From contig OZ245018.1 in NCBI GenBank assembly GCA_965223825.1, positions 1,939,792 to 2,003,791 on the forward strand: a stretch of 64,000 nt of DNA, written 5' to 3'. Source of the stretch: Gammaproteobacteria bacterium (GTDB lineage Bacteria; Pseudomonadota; Gammaproteobacteria; CAJXQU01). Shown piece by piece: positions 1 through 9,011 of this stretch. A program made the translations under genes and the position numbers. How positions within the stretch are numbered: the stretch's first letter is position 1; the number at the start of each line of letters is the position of its first letter. A model generated the notes under the pieces. That model did no database searches. It was not told the DNA's origin and worked only from the letters and a program-made list of their open reading frames with translations.

Positions 1-488
1 GCGAAGACGATCGTGGCTTTTTGTCGATCAATCTTGTGGACTTCGATACTTGCTGTAAACATTAAATACGTTCCCCATAACACACCGAGGATCGTGCCGA
101 TATAAGGTAAAATACTTGCCACGGCCATCACTGGCATGATTGCTGAGGCAAACGCAACGCAACGATAGGCAGTCTCATAATTTTCCGCTGACCCCATCAA
201 ACGCCAGATCACATAAAGTATCGCGGCTGAAACAAAACTCCAGATCAGCATAAAAATCGGAAATCCGATCAACGCAGCAATACCCATTCCCGCCAGTCGT
301 CCGCCACCGAATAAGCCGAAAACAGTAAAAATCAGCCCGGCAACAAATCCCATCACCACCAGAAAAATAATTGGATCCGTCAAGCCGCCCGTTCGCGGCA
401 TGGTTCGGTAAAACTCAACCGGTTGCTGAATGACACGTAAGGCGGTGTCTTTCACATTGTTTAAATCAAATGGTAATTTTTCACTCAT
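1..488 (-). CDS. Multi-pass membrane protein (Yip1-like topology), 3' end truncated by window edge; ATG at 486-488
   Basis: Continuous minus-strand ORF from window edge to ATG at 488; translation (MSEKLPFDLNNVKDTALRVIQQPV... then hydrophobic helices) shows multiple TM segments; not in ORF track because it runs off the edge. Confidence 0.5.
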   Translation of the reverse strand, partial: MSEKLPFDLNNVKDTALRVIQQPVEFYRTMPRTGGLTDPIIFLVVMGFVAGLIFTVFGLFGGGRLAGMGIAALIGFPIFMLIWSFVSAAILYVIWRLMGSAENYETAYRCVAFASAIMPVMAVASILPYIGTILGVLWGTYLMFTASIEVHKIDRQKATIVF

Positions 489-604
489 GGCGTATCCCCC
501 GATAGTCCAGAATTTGATGAATCGCGTGCGGCAACACGAGATCGCGTAGAAGTCAGATATTTGTCACTCTTAAAGGTGGATGATCCAACATCAACCAGAA
601 CAGA

Positions 605-1033
605 TCAACTCACGTGACTGCCCCATTCCCAAACCATTAAGACGATACCGATAAAAAACAACGAAACAGCTTCGAGAATAAAGCCGTTCATTAAGGCAAT
701 GCCACCGACGCCTGCCAACGCAAGACCAAGAACGTACAGGGTTGGACCTGGAATCAAGTCAGCTTGTTTCCGTCGATAGCCTGAGACAATTAAGCTGATC
801 CCGATGATCACCACACTGATCGCAGCCAGACACCAAAGCCCTTGATACACCAACGTCATCGTTGAATAAGGACTCTGGCCACTAAGATATTCGATCACGA
901 TATATTGTGTGATCTTCCATAAAACATGTGATGCGAATAGACCAACGATCAAGATAAACACACCAAACAGTGCGACAATTAAACTTCTGCCCTTAGAACT
1001 TTGTTCGAAGTAAGTCTGCATATCATTCCCCAT
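605..1033 (-). CDS. Small inner-membrane protein (4 predicted TM helices), hypothetical
   Basis: ORF 605..1213; internal start MGNDMQTYF at 1033 chosen because upstream part overlaps the + strand gene starting at 1121; hydrophobic helices (LIVALFGVFILIVGLFA, LWCLAAISVVIIGISLIV, LGLALAGVGGIALM, VSLFFIGIVLMVW). Confidence 0.5.
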   Translation of the reverse strand: MGNDMQTYFEQSSKGRSLIVALFGVFILIVGLFASHVLWKITQYIVIEYLSGQSPYSTMTLVYQGLWCLAAISVVIIGISLIVSGYRRKQADLIPGPTLYVLGLALAGVGGIALMNGFILEAVSLFFIGIVLMVWEWGSHVS

Positions 1034-1120
1034 TTTTGTCCACCCGACACAAGACAGGCTTAGGACACGGATACACTTTTTTATTATGCTTACCGCTCTG
1101 AATAATAAACCCGATCCCTC

Positions 1121-2482
1121 ATGACTGACAATTCTATCCAATGCCCTGAGTGCGGCGCTGAAATCGAAATCTCCGATGTACTCTCGCGCAAGATCGAACA
1201 CGATCTCAAACAATCACTAAAAGCTGAACATGAACAAAAGCTTAAACATGCGCTAGAGCGACAAAAATCCCACGCTCAAAATGAGTTTGATCAGTCCTTG
1301 CAGCAACTCAAGAGTGAACTGGAAGGTCAAGCAAAACAACTCGAAGCCGCAAAAGCCAAAGAGCAAAATCTACAGCAGCAAGCGACCGATCTTGCCCGTC
1401 AACAAGCCGAGTTAGACACCACTGTCACAGCTCGATTAAAAGAAAAAGAAACACAGCTCAAAACACAATTAAGTGAAAAATTACGCGAAGAAAACTCATT
1501 ATTAATAAATGACTTAAAAGAACAACTGCAAGAGAAATCAACCGCAATAGATGAATCCCGCACACGTGAAATGGATTTGATCAAACAAGCACGCCAGCTC
1601 GAAGAAGAAAAGAAAAACATGCGTTTGGAAGTGGAGCGTCGTGTTGATGCGAGTCGTAAGGAACTCGAATCACGCATGGCTAAAGAGTTCGACGAAGCAT
1701 CGCGTTTGAAGTTGCTGGAAAAAGAAAAACAGATCGACGGTTTGCGTAAGTCGCTCGACGAAGCTCGACGAAAAAGTGAACAAGGATCAATGGAAACGCA
1801 AGGCGAAGTCTTAGAGCTTGATCTGGAAAACCGTCTACGCACCGCATTTCCTCATGATCAATTCACTCCCGTGGCAAAAGGGGCAAAAGGCGCGGACGTA
1901 ATCCAACAAGTGTTTGACGCGACCATGAATGAGTGTGGAAAAATCATCTGGGAAGTCAAAAACACTAAAGCCTTCTCGCCACTGTGGATTCAGAAACTCA
2001 AGGATGATCAACGATCGGCTGGCGCGAGTTTAGCCGTTCTGGTCAGTGTGGTATTGCCAGACTCGATCAAACAGTTTGGTCAACACGAAGGGATCTGGTT
2101 ATCCGATATTCACTCCTATTTACCGCTGGTGACTGCGTTGCGCGATCAGTTAATTCAAGTCAACTTTGCTCGTCAAGCCTCTGAAGGTAAAGGGGAAAAA
2201 ATGGAGTTAATGTTCAGCTATTTATCTGGCGATGAATTCCGCCAACGGATTGAAGCGATCGTTGAAGCCTTTAACGATATGCAGGACCAACTCAATAAGG
2301 AACGCCGTGCAATGGAAAAACTTTGGCGCGAGCGGGAAAAACAAATCCAACGTATCACCAATAATACGGTTGGGATGTATGGCGAAGTACGTGGAATAAT
2401 TGGCTCATCCGTCGCCAGCATTCCGTCATTGGAACTGGATCCGGACTTTGATGAGGACGATGATCAAAAACGACTCCTATAA
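1121..2482 (+). CDS. DUF2130-family protein: N-terminal C4 zinc ribbon (CPECGAEI) plus long coiled coil and conserved C-terminal domain
   Basis: 453-aa ORF; N-terminal CxxC, ~200 aa of heptad-rich K/E/Q coiled coil, C-terminal globular region with GKGADVIQQV motif typical of DUF2130. Confidence 0.7.
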   Translation: MTDNSIQCPECGAEIEISDVLSRKIEHDLKQSLKAEHEQKLKHALERQKSHAQNEFDQSLQQLKSELEGQAKQLEAAKAKEQNLQQQATDLARQQAELDTTVTARLKEKETQLKTQLSEKLREENSLLINDLKEQLQEKSTAIDESRTREMDLIKQARQLEEEKKNMRLEVERRVDASRKELESRMAKEFDEASRLKLLEKEKQIDGLRKSLDEARRKSEQGSMETQGEVLELDLENRLRTAFPHDQFTPVAKGAKGADVIQQVFDATMNECGKIIWEVKNTKAFSPLWIQKLKDDQRSAGASLAVLVSVVLPDSIKQFGQHEGIWLSDIHSYLPLVTALRDQLIQVNFARQASEGKGEKMELMFSYLSGDEFRQRIEAIVEAFNDMQDQLNKERRAMEKLWREREKQIQRITNNTVGMYGEVRGIIGSSVASIPSLELDPDFDEDDDQKRLL

Positions 2483-2969
2483 GCTGTTACCGAATCCAAT
2501 CTCAGCTGTGACAATTTTCCGTCCTAATACAGCAAGATAAGAACCATCTCGCACCCCTTGTTAATTTATTGACGTTTTACCCTCAAGTTTTCCCCCTCTA
2601 GGTCGTTAACTATTTCAGCAGTGATTGCAAATGGATATGCAGCTGCATGCTTGCGGTCATGGAGTGACTGCAAATACGGCCAAGGATGGCCACCCCATTT
2701 TCACATTCCCCCACGCCCGGTTCGTTTCTGGACGAAAAATGCTGATTAACATGATGTAAACGGTTACATCAGCAACACCTTCGAGCGAGTTCAAAACAAC
2801 ACACCGCCTTAAAAAGAGTTTATCGGATGATCTTCAACATCGCTGAGTTTTAGGGGTAAATAGCCATCAGGGATTATTTACAATTAACTTGGCACGAGTA
2901 ATGCTTTCTCTTTAGTGCACAACAATCACCCCCTGGTTGTTGTACTCCTCCCTTTGGGTTTATTTTTTA

Positions 2970-2996
2970 CGCCTCTCTTTTGAGAGGCGTTTTTTT
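2970..2996 (+). terminator. Rho-independent terminator (plus-strand orientation; hairpin cgcctctc-tttt-gagaggcg followed by T7)
   Basis: Perfect 8-bp GC-rich stem followed by TTTTTTT on + strand; on the minus strand the trailing tract is A-rich/mixed so it is a weaker terminator for mazG. Confidence 0.6.
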
Positions 2997-3789
2997 ATTT
3001 GTAAGATCGTTCATGCAGCTTCGCTTCATCCCACAAAGCATCCATCTCTTCTAACGTTGCTTGATCCGGATCAGAACCTTTTTCAGCTAAAGCGGATTCG
3101 ATGTAGCGAAAACGCCGTTCGAATTTATTATTTGATCGACGTAAAGCCTGTTCTGGATCAACATCCAAATGCCGTGCGAGATTCACGCAGACGCAGAGTA
3201 GATCACCCAATTCATCTTCGATCTTTTCTTTGCCCATCTGCTGGTCGATCGCTTCGTGAATTTCACCGACCTCTTCTTTCAACTTTTCCCAGACAGGTTC
3301 GATCGTTTGCCAGTCGAACCCAACGCGAGCTGCACGGCCCTGAATTTTCGCGGCACGTGTGAGCGCGGGTAAGTTGATCGGAATATTTTCCATTAGGCTC
3401 GTCAGCGCGTTACCTTTCGCTTCTCGTTCAGCCTGCTTTTTCGCTTCCCATTGCGCGTTCAAATCGACCTCATCAACCTTCTCACCGGCGAAAACATGCG
3501 GATGTCGATCCACTAATTTCCGACAGATTGCCGCGACAACATCATCAAACGTAAAGTGATTTTGCTCAGCTCCCAATTGAGCATAAAAAACAATCTGAAA
3601 AAGCAGATCGCCTAGTTCTTCAGGTAGTTCATCTAACTGATTGTTTTCAATCGCATCGACAACTTCATAAACTTCTTCAACAGTGTGCGGAATGATCGTC
3701 CGGTAAGTTTGTCTGAGATCCCACGGGCAGCCCGTTTCCGGATCGCGCAACTGCTGCATGATCTGCAGTAATTCCTCGATTTGACTCAT
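2995..3789 (-). CDS. mazG: Nucleoside triphosphate pyrophosphohydrolase MazG
   Basis: 264 aa; tandem MazG domains, N-terminal PETGCPWDLRQT, EEVYEVVDAIE and second EELGDLLFQIV/EEVGEIHEAI motifs typical of MazG. Confidence 0.9.
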   Translation of the reverse strand: MSQIEELLQIMQQLRDPETGCPWDLRQTYRTIIPHTVEEVYEVVDAIENNQLDELPEELGDLLFQIVFYAQLGAEQNHFTFDDVVAAICRKLVDRHPHVFAGEKVDEVDLNAQWEAKKQAEREAKGNALTSLMENIPINLPALTRAAKIQGRAARVGFDWQTIEPVWEKLKEEVGEIHEAIDQQMGKEKIEDELGDLLCVCVNLARHLDVDPEQALRRSNNKFERRFRYIESALAEKGSDPDQATLEEMDALWDEAKLHERSYK

Positions 3790-3843
3790 AGTGCAACCTG
3801 TTGTTTAAATGAGCGAAGATCATATCACCTGAAGGGCAGTCGA

Positions 3844-4419
3844 ATGGCAATCCCCTTGATATTACGATTAGATATTTCCGGTCTCCCAATGACTTGGATC
3901 CCGTGGGAAGATGCTGTCAGTCTTTACACGCGGGATATGGTTGCATGGACAGCCGGTGAGAGTATGTTCTCGATACACGGCGGTACGAACCGTCTCACAG
4001 GACAACGTTCGCATATCGACGTGAATTCCATTATCGCCGTGAGACGACAATCAAAAACACGCTTCCGCCCACGCACTATTCCCCCTTTAAATAACCGCGA
4101 ATTATTTTATCGAGACGGAAATTTATGCCTTTATTGCGGTCGTATACTCGCAGATAGTCAGCTTACTCGCGATCATGTAAAACCTGTCTCTCGTGGCGGT
4201 GAGAATGTCTGGTCAAATGTTGTGGCCGCCTGCAAAAGTTGCAACACCCGTAAAGGTTGTCGTCTACCTGAAGAGGCAAATATGCCCTTACTGGCCATCC
4301 CATATGAACCCAATTGGTCAGAATACCTTGCGCTATCAAACCGTCGAATTCTGGTAGACCAAATGGACTTCCTAAAGGGTCGGTTCTCACAAAGTGATCG
4401 GCTGCTTAGCTTGCTCTAA
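3844..4419 (+). CDS. HNH endonuclease-domain protein
   Basis: ORF 3781..4419, start taken at MAIPLIL (3844); HNH motif LCLYCGR...TRDHVKPVSRGGENVWSNVVAACKSCNTRKG (Cys4 + His-Asn-His). Confidence 0.75.
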   Translation: MAIPLILRLDISGLPMTWIPWEDAVSLYTRDMVAWTAGESMFSIHGGTNRLTGQRSHIDVNSIIAVRRQSKTRFRPRTIPPLNNRELFYRDGNLCLYCGRILADSQLTRDHVKPVSRGGENVWSNVVAACKSCNTRKGCRLPEEANMPLLAIPYEPNWSEYLALSNRRILVDQMDFLKGRFSQSDRLLSLL

Positions 4420-4564
4420 TCTTGTATCCAAGACGCGATCAATCAAACATAACCCCTAGCCACACCCACCGCCCGTCTGCGGATTGCGTACGATCAAGAA
4501 TATGCTTAAATAGCGACTGACTTTTTGAATGAATGTTTCACTCACCCCCTCAGGAAAGCATCCA

Positions 4565-5740
4565 ATGGATTTATTCACCTCGAGCCAACGCATGGCTGAT
4601 GTTCAAGCCCCGATCATCCCCGTGATCGGCGATCTCATTCACACCAATCCCGGCACGATCAGCCTCGCCCAAGGTGTGGTTTCCTATCCTCCGCCTGCGG
4701 CTGCGCTTGAGTCGCTGAGTACATTTGCTTCTGATGTGAGCAATCATCTCTACGGATCTTCCATCGGACAAGCTGATCTACTCAGCTTGATCAAAGAAAA
4801 GTTAGAACTGGAAAATCATATAAAATCTGATCTCACTGATCGCGTTATCGTCACTGCCGGCGCTAACATGGCCTTTCTCACGGCACTATTTGCGATCATT
4901 GATTCAGACGATGAAGTCATTCTTCCGACACCGTATTATTTTAATCATGAGATGGCGATCAAAATGTTGGATGCTTCGCCCGTTCTTGTGCCGACAGATG
5001 CACATTTTCAGCTTGATATTGATCAGATAAAAGCTGCGATAACTGATCGCACGCGGGCAATTGTCACCATTTCCCCGAATAATCCTTCGGGAGTGATGTA
5101 TCCCCGCGAGGTACTTGAGCAGATCAATCGATTATGCCGCGATCGTGGGCTGTATCATATTTGCGATGAGGCGTATGAATATTTTACCTATGGAGAAAAT
5201 ACACACTTTTCTCCTTTAAGCTCACCGGATTCTGTTGATCACACCATCGGTATCTATTCACTTTCTAAGGCTTATGGGTTTGCCAGTTGGCGAGTGGGTT
5301 ACATGGTGATTCCGCCGCAATTATTGTTACCCATCATGAAAGTGCAAGACACAAACCTCATTTGCAATAGCCTGATCGCGCAACACGCTGCTCAGGCTGC
5401 ATTGACCACCGGACGAACCTACTGCGACGCTCAGGTAAAACAATTAGATCACACACGTGAATTAATTCTGACAACACTCGAACCGTATCGCGAACAAGTA
5501 TCGTTTCCTGATCCACAAGGGGCTTTTTATTTAATGATGAAAGTACAAACCGATCTGCCTGATATGCTGATCGTCGAAAGATTAATTAAAGAACATCGCG
5601 TTGGGGTATTACCCGGTTCAGCATTTGGCTTAGAAAATGGCTGCTATTTGCGTGTGTCATTCGGCGCGTTGCAGGTCGATACGGCACTATCTGGTATTCA
5701 GCGATTAATGAATGGATTACAAGCTATCTGCTACAATTAA
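4565..5740 (+). CDS. Pyridoxal-phosphate-dependent aminotransferase (class I/II fold)
   Basis: ~390 aa; PLP-lysine context YSLSKAYGFASWRVGY, NNPSG and other class-I aminotransferase motifs. Confidence 0.85.
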   Translation: MDLFTSSQRMADVQAPIIPVIGDLIHTNPGTISLAQGVVSYPPPAAALESLSTFASDVSNHLYGSSIGQADLLSLIKEKLELENHIKSDLTDRVIVTAGANMAFLTALFAIIDSDDEVILPTPYYFNHEMAIKMLDASPVLVPTDAHFQLDIDQIKAAITDRTRAIVTISPNNPSGVMYPREVLEQINRLCRDRGLYHICDEAYEYFTYGENTHFSPLSSPDSVDHTIGIYSLSKAYGFASWRVGYMVIPPQLLLPIMKVQDTNLICNSLIAQHAAQAALTTGRTYCDAQVKQLDHTRELILTTLEPYREQVSFPDPQGAFYLMMKVQTDLPDMLIVERLIKEHRVGVLPGSAFGLENGCYLRVSFGALQVDTALSGIQRLMNGLQAICYN

Positions 5741-5825
5741 GAACGCTGAATCGAACTTTTATAATCGTAACAGTCAACTAATAGAATAATAACAACGTAC
5801 CCACAACGAATTACAGGATTTAACC

Positions 5826-6233
5826 ATGCGTAAGCTTTCTAAAATACTCGTCGCCAGCCTGTCGGCGGCTTGCCTCAACTCCCTTAGTTTTAACGTCACC
5901 GCTGCTGATGCCGAAGGCAATTATGCCGTTTGGGGTGAAGGTGGCCTTTCTTGCTTTCAATATTCAAAATTACGTGCTGAAGGGAATGACGACAAAGTAA
6001 AAGCATTTTTGCGTGGTTATCTGACCGCTTACAACACGGTAAGTGGTGACACATATAGCATTACCGGTCCAGTGAAAATGCCACAAGCTTTGGAAATTAT
6101 TGATGAACATTGTGACGAAAAAGCCATCGACAGTTTTGATCGTGCTATACAAATGATGATCACCAATGTCGAAGACAACCGTTACCGCACACCCAATCAA
6201 AAAGGTGTCGTTGGTGGTTGGGGCAAACAGTAA
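5826..6233 (+). CDS. Small secreted/periplasmic protein, hypothetical
   Basis: 135 aa; N-terminal signal peptide MRKLSKILVASLSAACLNSLSFNVTAADA; no recognisable catalytic motif. Confidence 0.55.
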   Translation: MRKLSKILVASLSAACLNSLSFNVTAADAEGNYAVWGEGGLSCFQYSKLRAEGNDDKVKAFLRGYLTAYNTVSGDTYSITGPVKMPQALEIIDEHCDEKAIDSFDRAIQMMITNVEDNRYRTPNQKGVVGGWGKQ

Positions 6234-6254
6234 TGTCTATGGATTAACCTGAAC

Positions 6255-6899
6255 ATGATCACATCAGACTCGATCAGGGCCAGTTTTGACATGATGGAGG
6301 CCATAGCCTTTGAAGATGAAAATCACATTGACGATTTACATCTCACACCAGCCGCAGTCTTAATTGGATTGATCGATTCTGATGATTCAACCGGGTTTAG
6401 TATTTTACTCACAACGCGGACACAACACTTACATCATCACCCCGGTCAGATCAGTTTGCCCGGTGGTCGGCTCGATGCGACAGATAGCTCGCTTATGCAC
6501 ACCGCATTGCGCGAAACACATGAGGAAATTGGAGTCAGCAATCAGTACATTGACATGCTTGGTGGACTACAAACTTACAAAAGTGTGACGGGTTTCATCA
6601 TCACACCTTTCGTCGCTTACATTCGTCCGGGGTATGATTTGAAACCAGACCCTTTCGAAGTCGATGATGTATTCAGCGTTCCATTAAGTACCGTCCTGAA
6701 CCCGCTAAACCACCGAAAGATCCTACGCGATAATGCTATGAGTACAGAAAATGAACAACATGATTTCTATTTTGAAATAAACTATGGTACAAAGCGGATC
6801 TGGGGGGTAACCGCCGGTATATTAGTAAGTTTTTACAAGAGGTTAAGGGAGAAACATCCTCTATATTGTGAATTGGTGCCTCAATTTAAATCGCAATGA
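6255..6899 (+). CDS. NUDIX hydrolase, CoA pyrophosphatase-like (NudL family)
   Basis: NUDIX box GQISLPGGRLDATDSSLMHTALRETHEEIGV; upstream LLTTR motif typical of CoA-pyrophosphatase subgroup. Confidence 0.8.
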   Translation: MITSDSIRASFDMMEAIAFEDENHIDDLHLTPAAVLIGLIDSDDSTGFSILLTTRTQHLHHHPGQISLPGGRLDATDSSLMHTALRETHEEIGVSNQYIDMLGGLQTYKSVTGFIITPFVAYIRPGYDLKPDPFEVDDVFSVPLSTVLNPLNHRKILRDNAMSTENEQHDFYFEINYGTKRIWGVTAGILVSFYKRLREKHPLYCELVPQFKSQ

Positions 6900-6989
6900 T
6901 TGCACAACCTTATAAAATAGGTGATCATTTAAAGTGAGCACTTCGAAATCGGCCATACTGGCTAACTTTTTCTACTTAGGAGAAAACAC

Positions 6990-7274
6990 ATGATCAAAGC
7001 AACTCGTATCTCAGCTCTTATTTTGGCTGCTGGCCTCACTGCTGGTTGTAGTTCAATCACGGTTGAGCAACTGGATGCAGTCGCTGCAACAGCTAACAAC
7101 GCTCTGTCAGAAGCACGCGCAGCACAAGACGCGGCTAGCAATGCTCTGAGCGTCGCAAACGAAGCAAATGCAACTGCACAAAGCGCACAAGAAGCGGCTG
7201 ATGCTGCACAAGCTTGCTGCAATGCTAATACAGAACGTTTGGACCGTATGTTCAAACGCGCTATGCAGAAGTAA
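6990..7274 (+). CDS. Lpp-like alanine-zipper outer-membrane lipoprotein (Braun-lipoprotein-like, C-terminal Lys)
   Basis: 94 aa; signal peptide + lipobox LTAGC; Ala/Gln/Asn-rich heptad coiled coil; ends ...RLDRMFKRAMQK with terminal Lys as in E. coli Lpp (…ATKYRK); good RBS AGGAGAAAACACATG. Confidence 0.75.
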   Translation: MIKATRISALILAAGLTAGCSSITVEQLDAVAATANNALSEARAAQDAASNALSVANEANATAQSAQEAADAAQACCNANTERLDRMFKRAMQK

Positions 7275-7299
7275 TTTCTTAGTCAGCATGCACTAGATC

Positions 7300-7336
7300 A
7301 AAAAAGCCGTTCCTCGGGAACGGCTTTTTTTTATTC
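7300..7336 (+). terminator. Rho-independent terminator after lpp-like gene
   Basis: aaaaaGCCGTTCCtcgGGAACGGCttttttttatt: 9-bp stem, T8 tail. Confidence 0.85.
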
Positions 7337-7496
7337 TCATAATTTCCCTATAAACGCACTTGGAGAAAAAGAGTTTTATTAAAATTCACTCAATCCAATC
7401 TCGCCGTAAATTATCATCTCAGTTCAGTTAAATTTTTAACTTAATTTCTAAAATAAAAAAAACGTCCCATTTCGATTATTTTTAATTCAATCTGAT

Positions 7497-8597
7497 TTAA
7501 AATAATTCAGAATACGCGCCGGGTTCATGTCCAACTTTTTCGTTCTCTAGGTCAGGATCAATCAGCACTTCACTGACTGACGCTTTCGCTTCTTTCGAAA
7601 GATCTTCCATCTGGTAAGAGTCTGGTGCAGCCGCTTCTTGAATCAGCGGCAACGTATCTTGTGCTCCAGCGCGAAGGCTGATCAAGACAGGAATACCACG
7701 AGCATCCGCCATCACTTCACGCACGCGATTCCAATCAACTTTAACGTTCGCACGTTCTTTATTTTCTTTATGGGAATTTGTCGCCTTGCTGATCGTATCA
7801 ACCAAACGTTGGTAATTAGATTGCTTTTTATCTGCCTCTTCTTCTAATGGCGTATGCACTTCTAAATAGAGATCGCCATTTCGCCAACCGGCTTTGTAGG
7901 GTTGATTCACGATTGTCACCTTCGTATTTACCGGCGTCATTGCGAATAATTGCTCAATATCTTTGGGGTAAAGTCGAATACATCCGTGCGTCACACGCAT
8001 ACCTAAACCATAGGGTTTATTAGTGCCATGAATTAAGTAGCCCGATATACCCAAACCCATTTTGTAAGCACCGAGCGGGTTGTCAGGGCCAGCAGGCACC
8101 ACATCCGGAAGAATGTCGCCTTCAAGTGCATGTTCACGCTTGATCGACTCTGGAGGCGTCCAGGTTGGATTTTTCACTTTAGAAACAATCCGTGTTGATC
8201 CATGTGGCGTTGCCCAATCTTGTCGACCGATACTGATCGGGTAAGTCACCACATTCTGCTTTTGCCCACGCGCAACTTTCGGGTAATAGTACAAACGCAT
8301 TTCCGGTACATTAATAATAATTCCGTCGCGCGCTGTTTGTGGCAACACGTAATGAGTCGGTACGATAATTTCTGTCCCCTCACCGGGCAGCCAGGTATCA
8401 ACCGTTGGATTTGCACTACGCATTTCCAAAAATCCCTGATCATATGCCCAGGCCAAATCAGAAATCGTGTCCTCATGTCGTGAGGTAGTTAAGCTCAATG
8501 AACCGAGCACAGAATCACCGTTTGCCGCTAATTCAAAACTTTGAGCCAGCAATTGAAAAGGCGCTAACAAACCCATTACTAACAAATAATTTCGCAT
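7497..8597 (-). CDS. L,D-transpeptidase (YkuD/ErfK family), periplasmic
   Basis: 366 aa; signal peptide; YkuD catalytic motif HGTNKPYGLGMRVTHGCIRLYPKDIEQLF (His...Cys). Confidence 0.85.
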   Translation of the reverse strand: MRNYLLVMGLLAPFQLLAQSFELAANGDSVLGSLSLTTSRHEDTISDLAWAYDQGFLEMRSANPTVDTWLPGEGTEIIVPTHYVLPQTARDGIIINVPEMRLYYYPKVARGQKQNVVTYPISIGRQDWATPHGSTRIVSKVKNPTWTPPESIKREHALEGDILPDVVPAGPDNPLGAYKMGLGISGYLIHGTNKPYGLGMRVTHGCIRLYPKDIEQLFAMTPVNTKVTIVNQPYKAGWRNGDLYLEVHTPLEEEADKKQSNYQRLVDTISKATNSHKENKERANVKVDWNRVREVMADARGIPVLISLRAGAQDTLPLIQEAAAPDSYQMEDLSKEAKASVSEVLIDPDLENEKVGHEPGAYSELF

Positions 8598-8601
8598 AAA
8601 G

Positions 8602-8970
8602 TTATTTTAACATCGCAATAAACAGACAGAGCCAACCGATCATAAACGACACCCCGCCCAATGGCGTGATCATCCCAAACTTTCGGATATCCAATAATAC
8701 AAGTAAATAAAGACTGCCACTAAAGAGAAAAATTCCAATCAATAAACTAAAACCACTCCACTTTAACCAGCTTGATTCTGTCATAAACTGACTAATTAAG
8801 CCGATCAGGATCAAGCCAAGCGCATGGAACATGTGATACTGCACTCCCGTATTCCAAACAGCTAACATTTGTTCAGAAACGCGACTCCGGATCGCATGTG
8901 CACCAAACGCACCAAAGCCGACGCCGAGGAAGCTCATGATCGCACCCGTCATAATAAAAAACTTCGCCAC
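8602..8970 (-). CDS. DUF423 family inner-membrane protein
   Basis: 122 aa, 4 TM helices, FGAFGAHA motif characteristic of DUF423/YgdD. Confidence 0.7.
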   Translation of the reverse strand: MAKFFIMTGAIMSFLGVGFGAFGAHAIRSRVSEQMLAVWNTGVQYHMFHALGLILIGLISQFMTESSWLKWSGFSLLIGIFLFSGSLYLLVLLDIRKFGMITPLGGVSFMIGWLCLFIAMLK

Positions 8971-9011
8971 GTCTTCTCCTTAAATGATCTGTCGAACTTT
9001 AGCGCAATTTA

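Noticed and set aside
2937-3362. 141-aa plus-strand ORF
   Set aside because: It is antisense to the well-supported mazG gene and begins inside the terminator hairpin.
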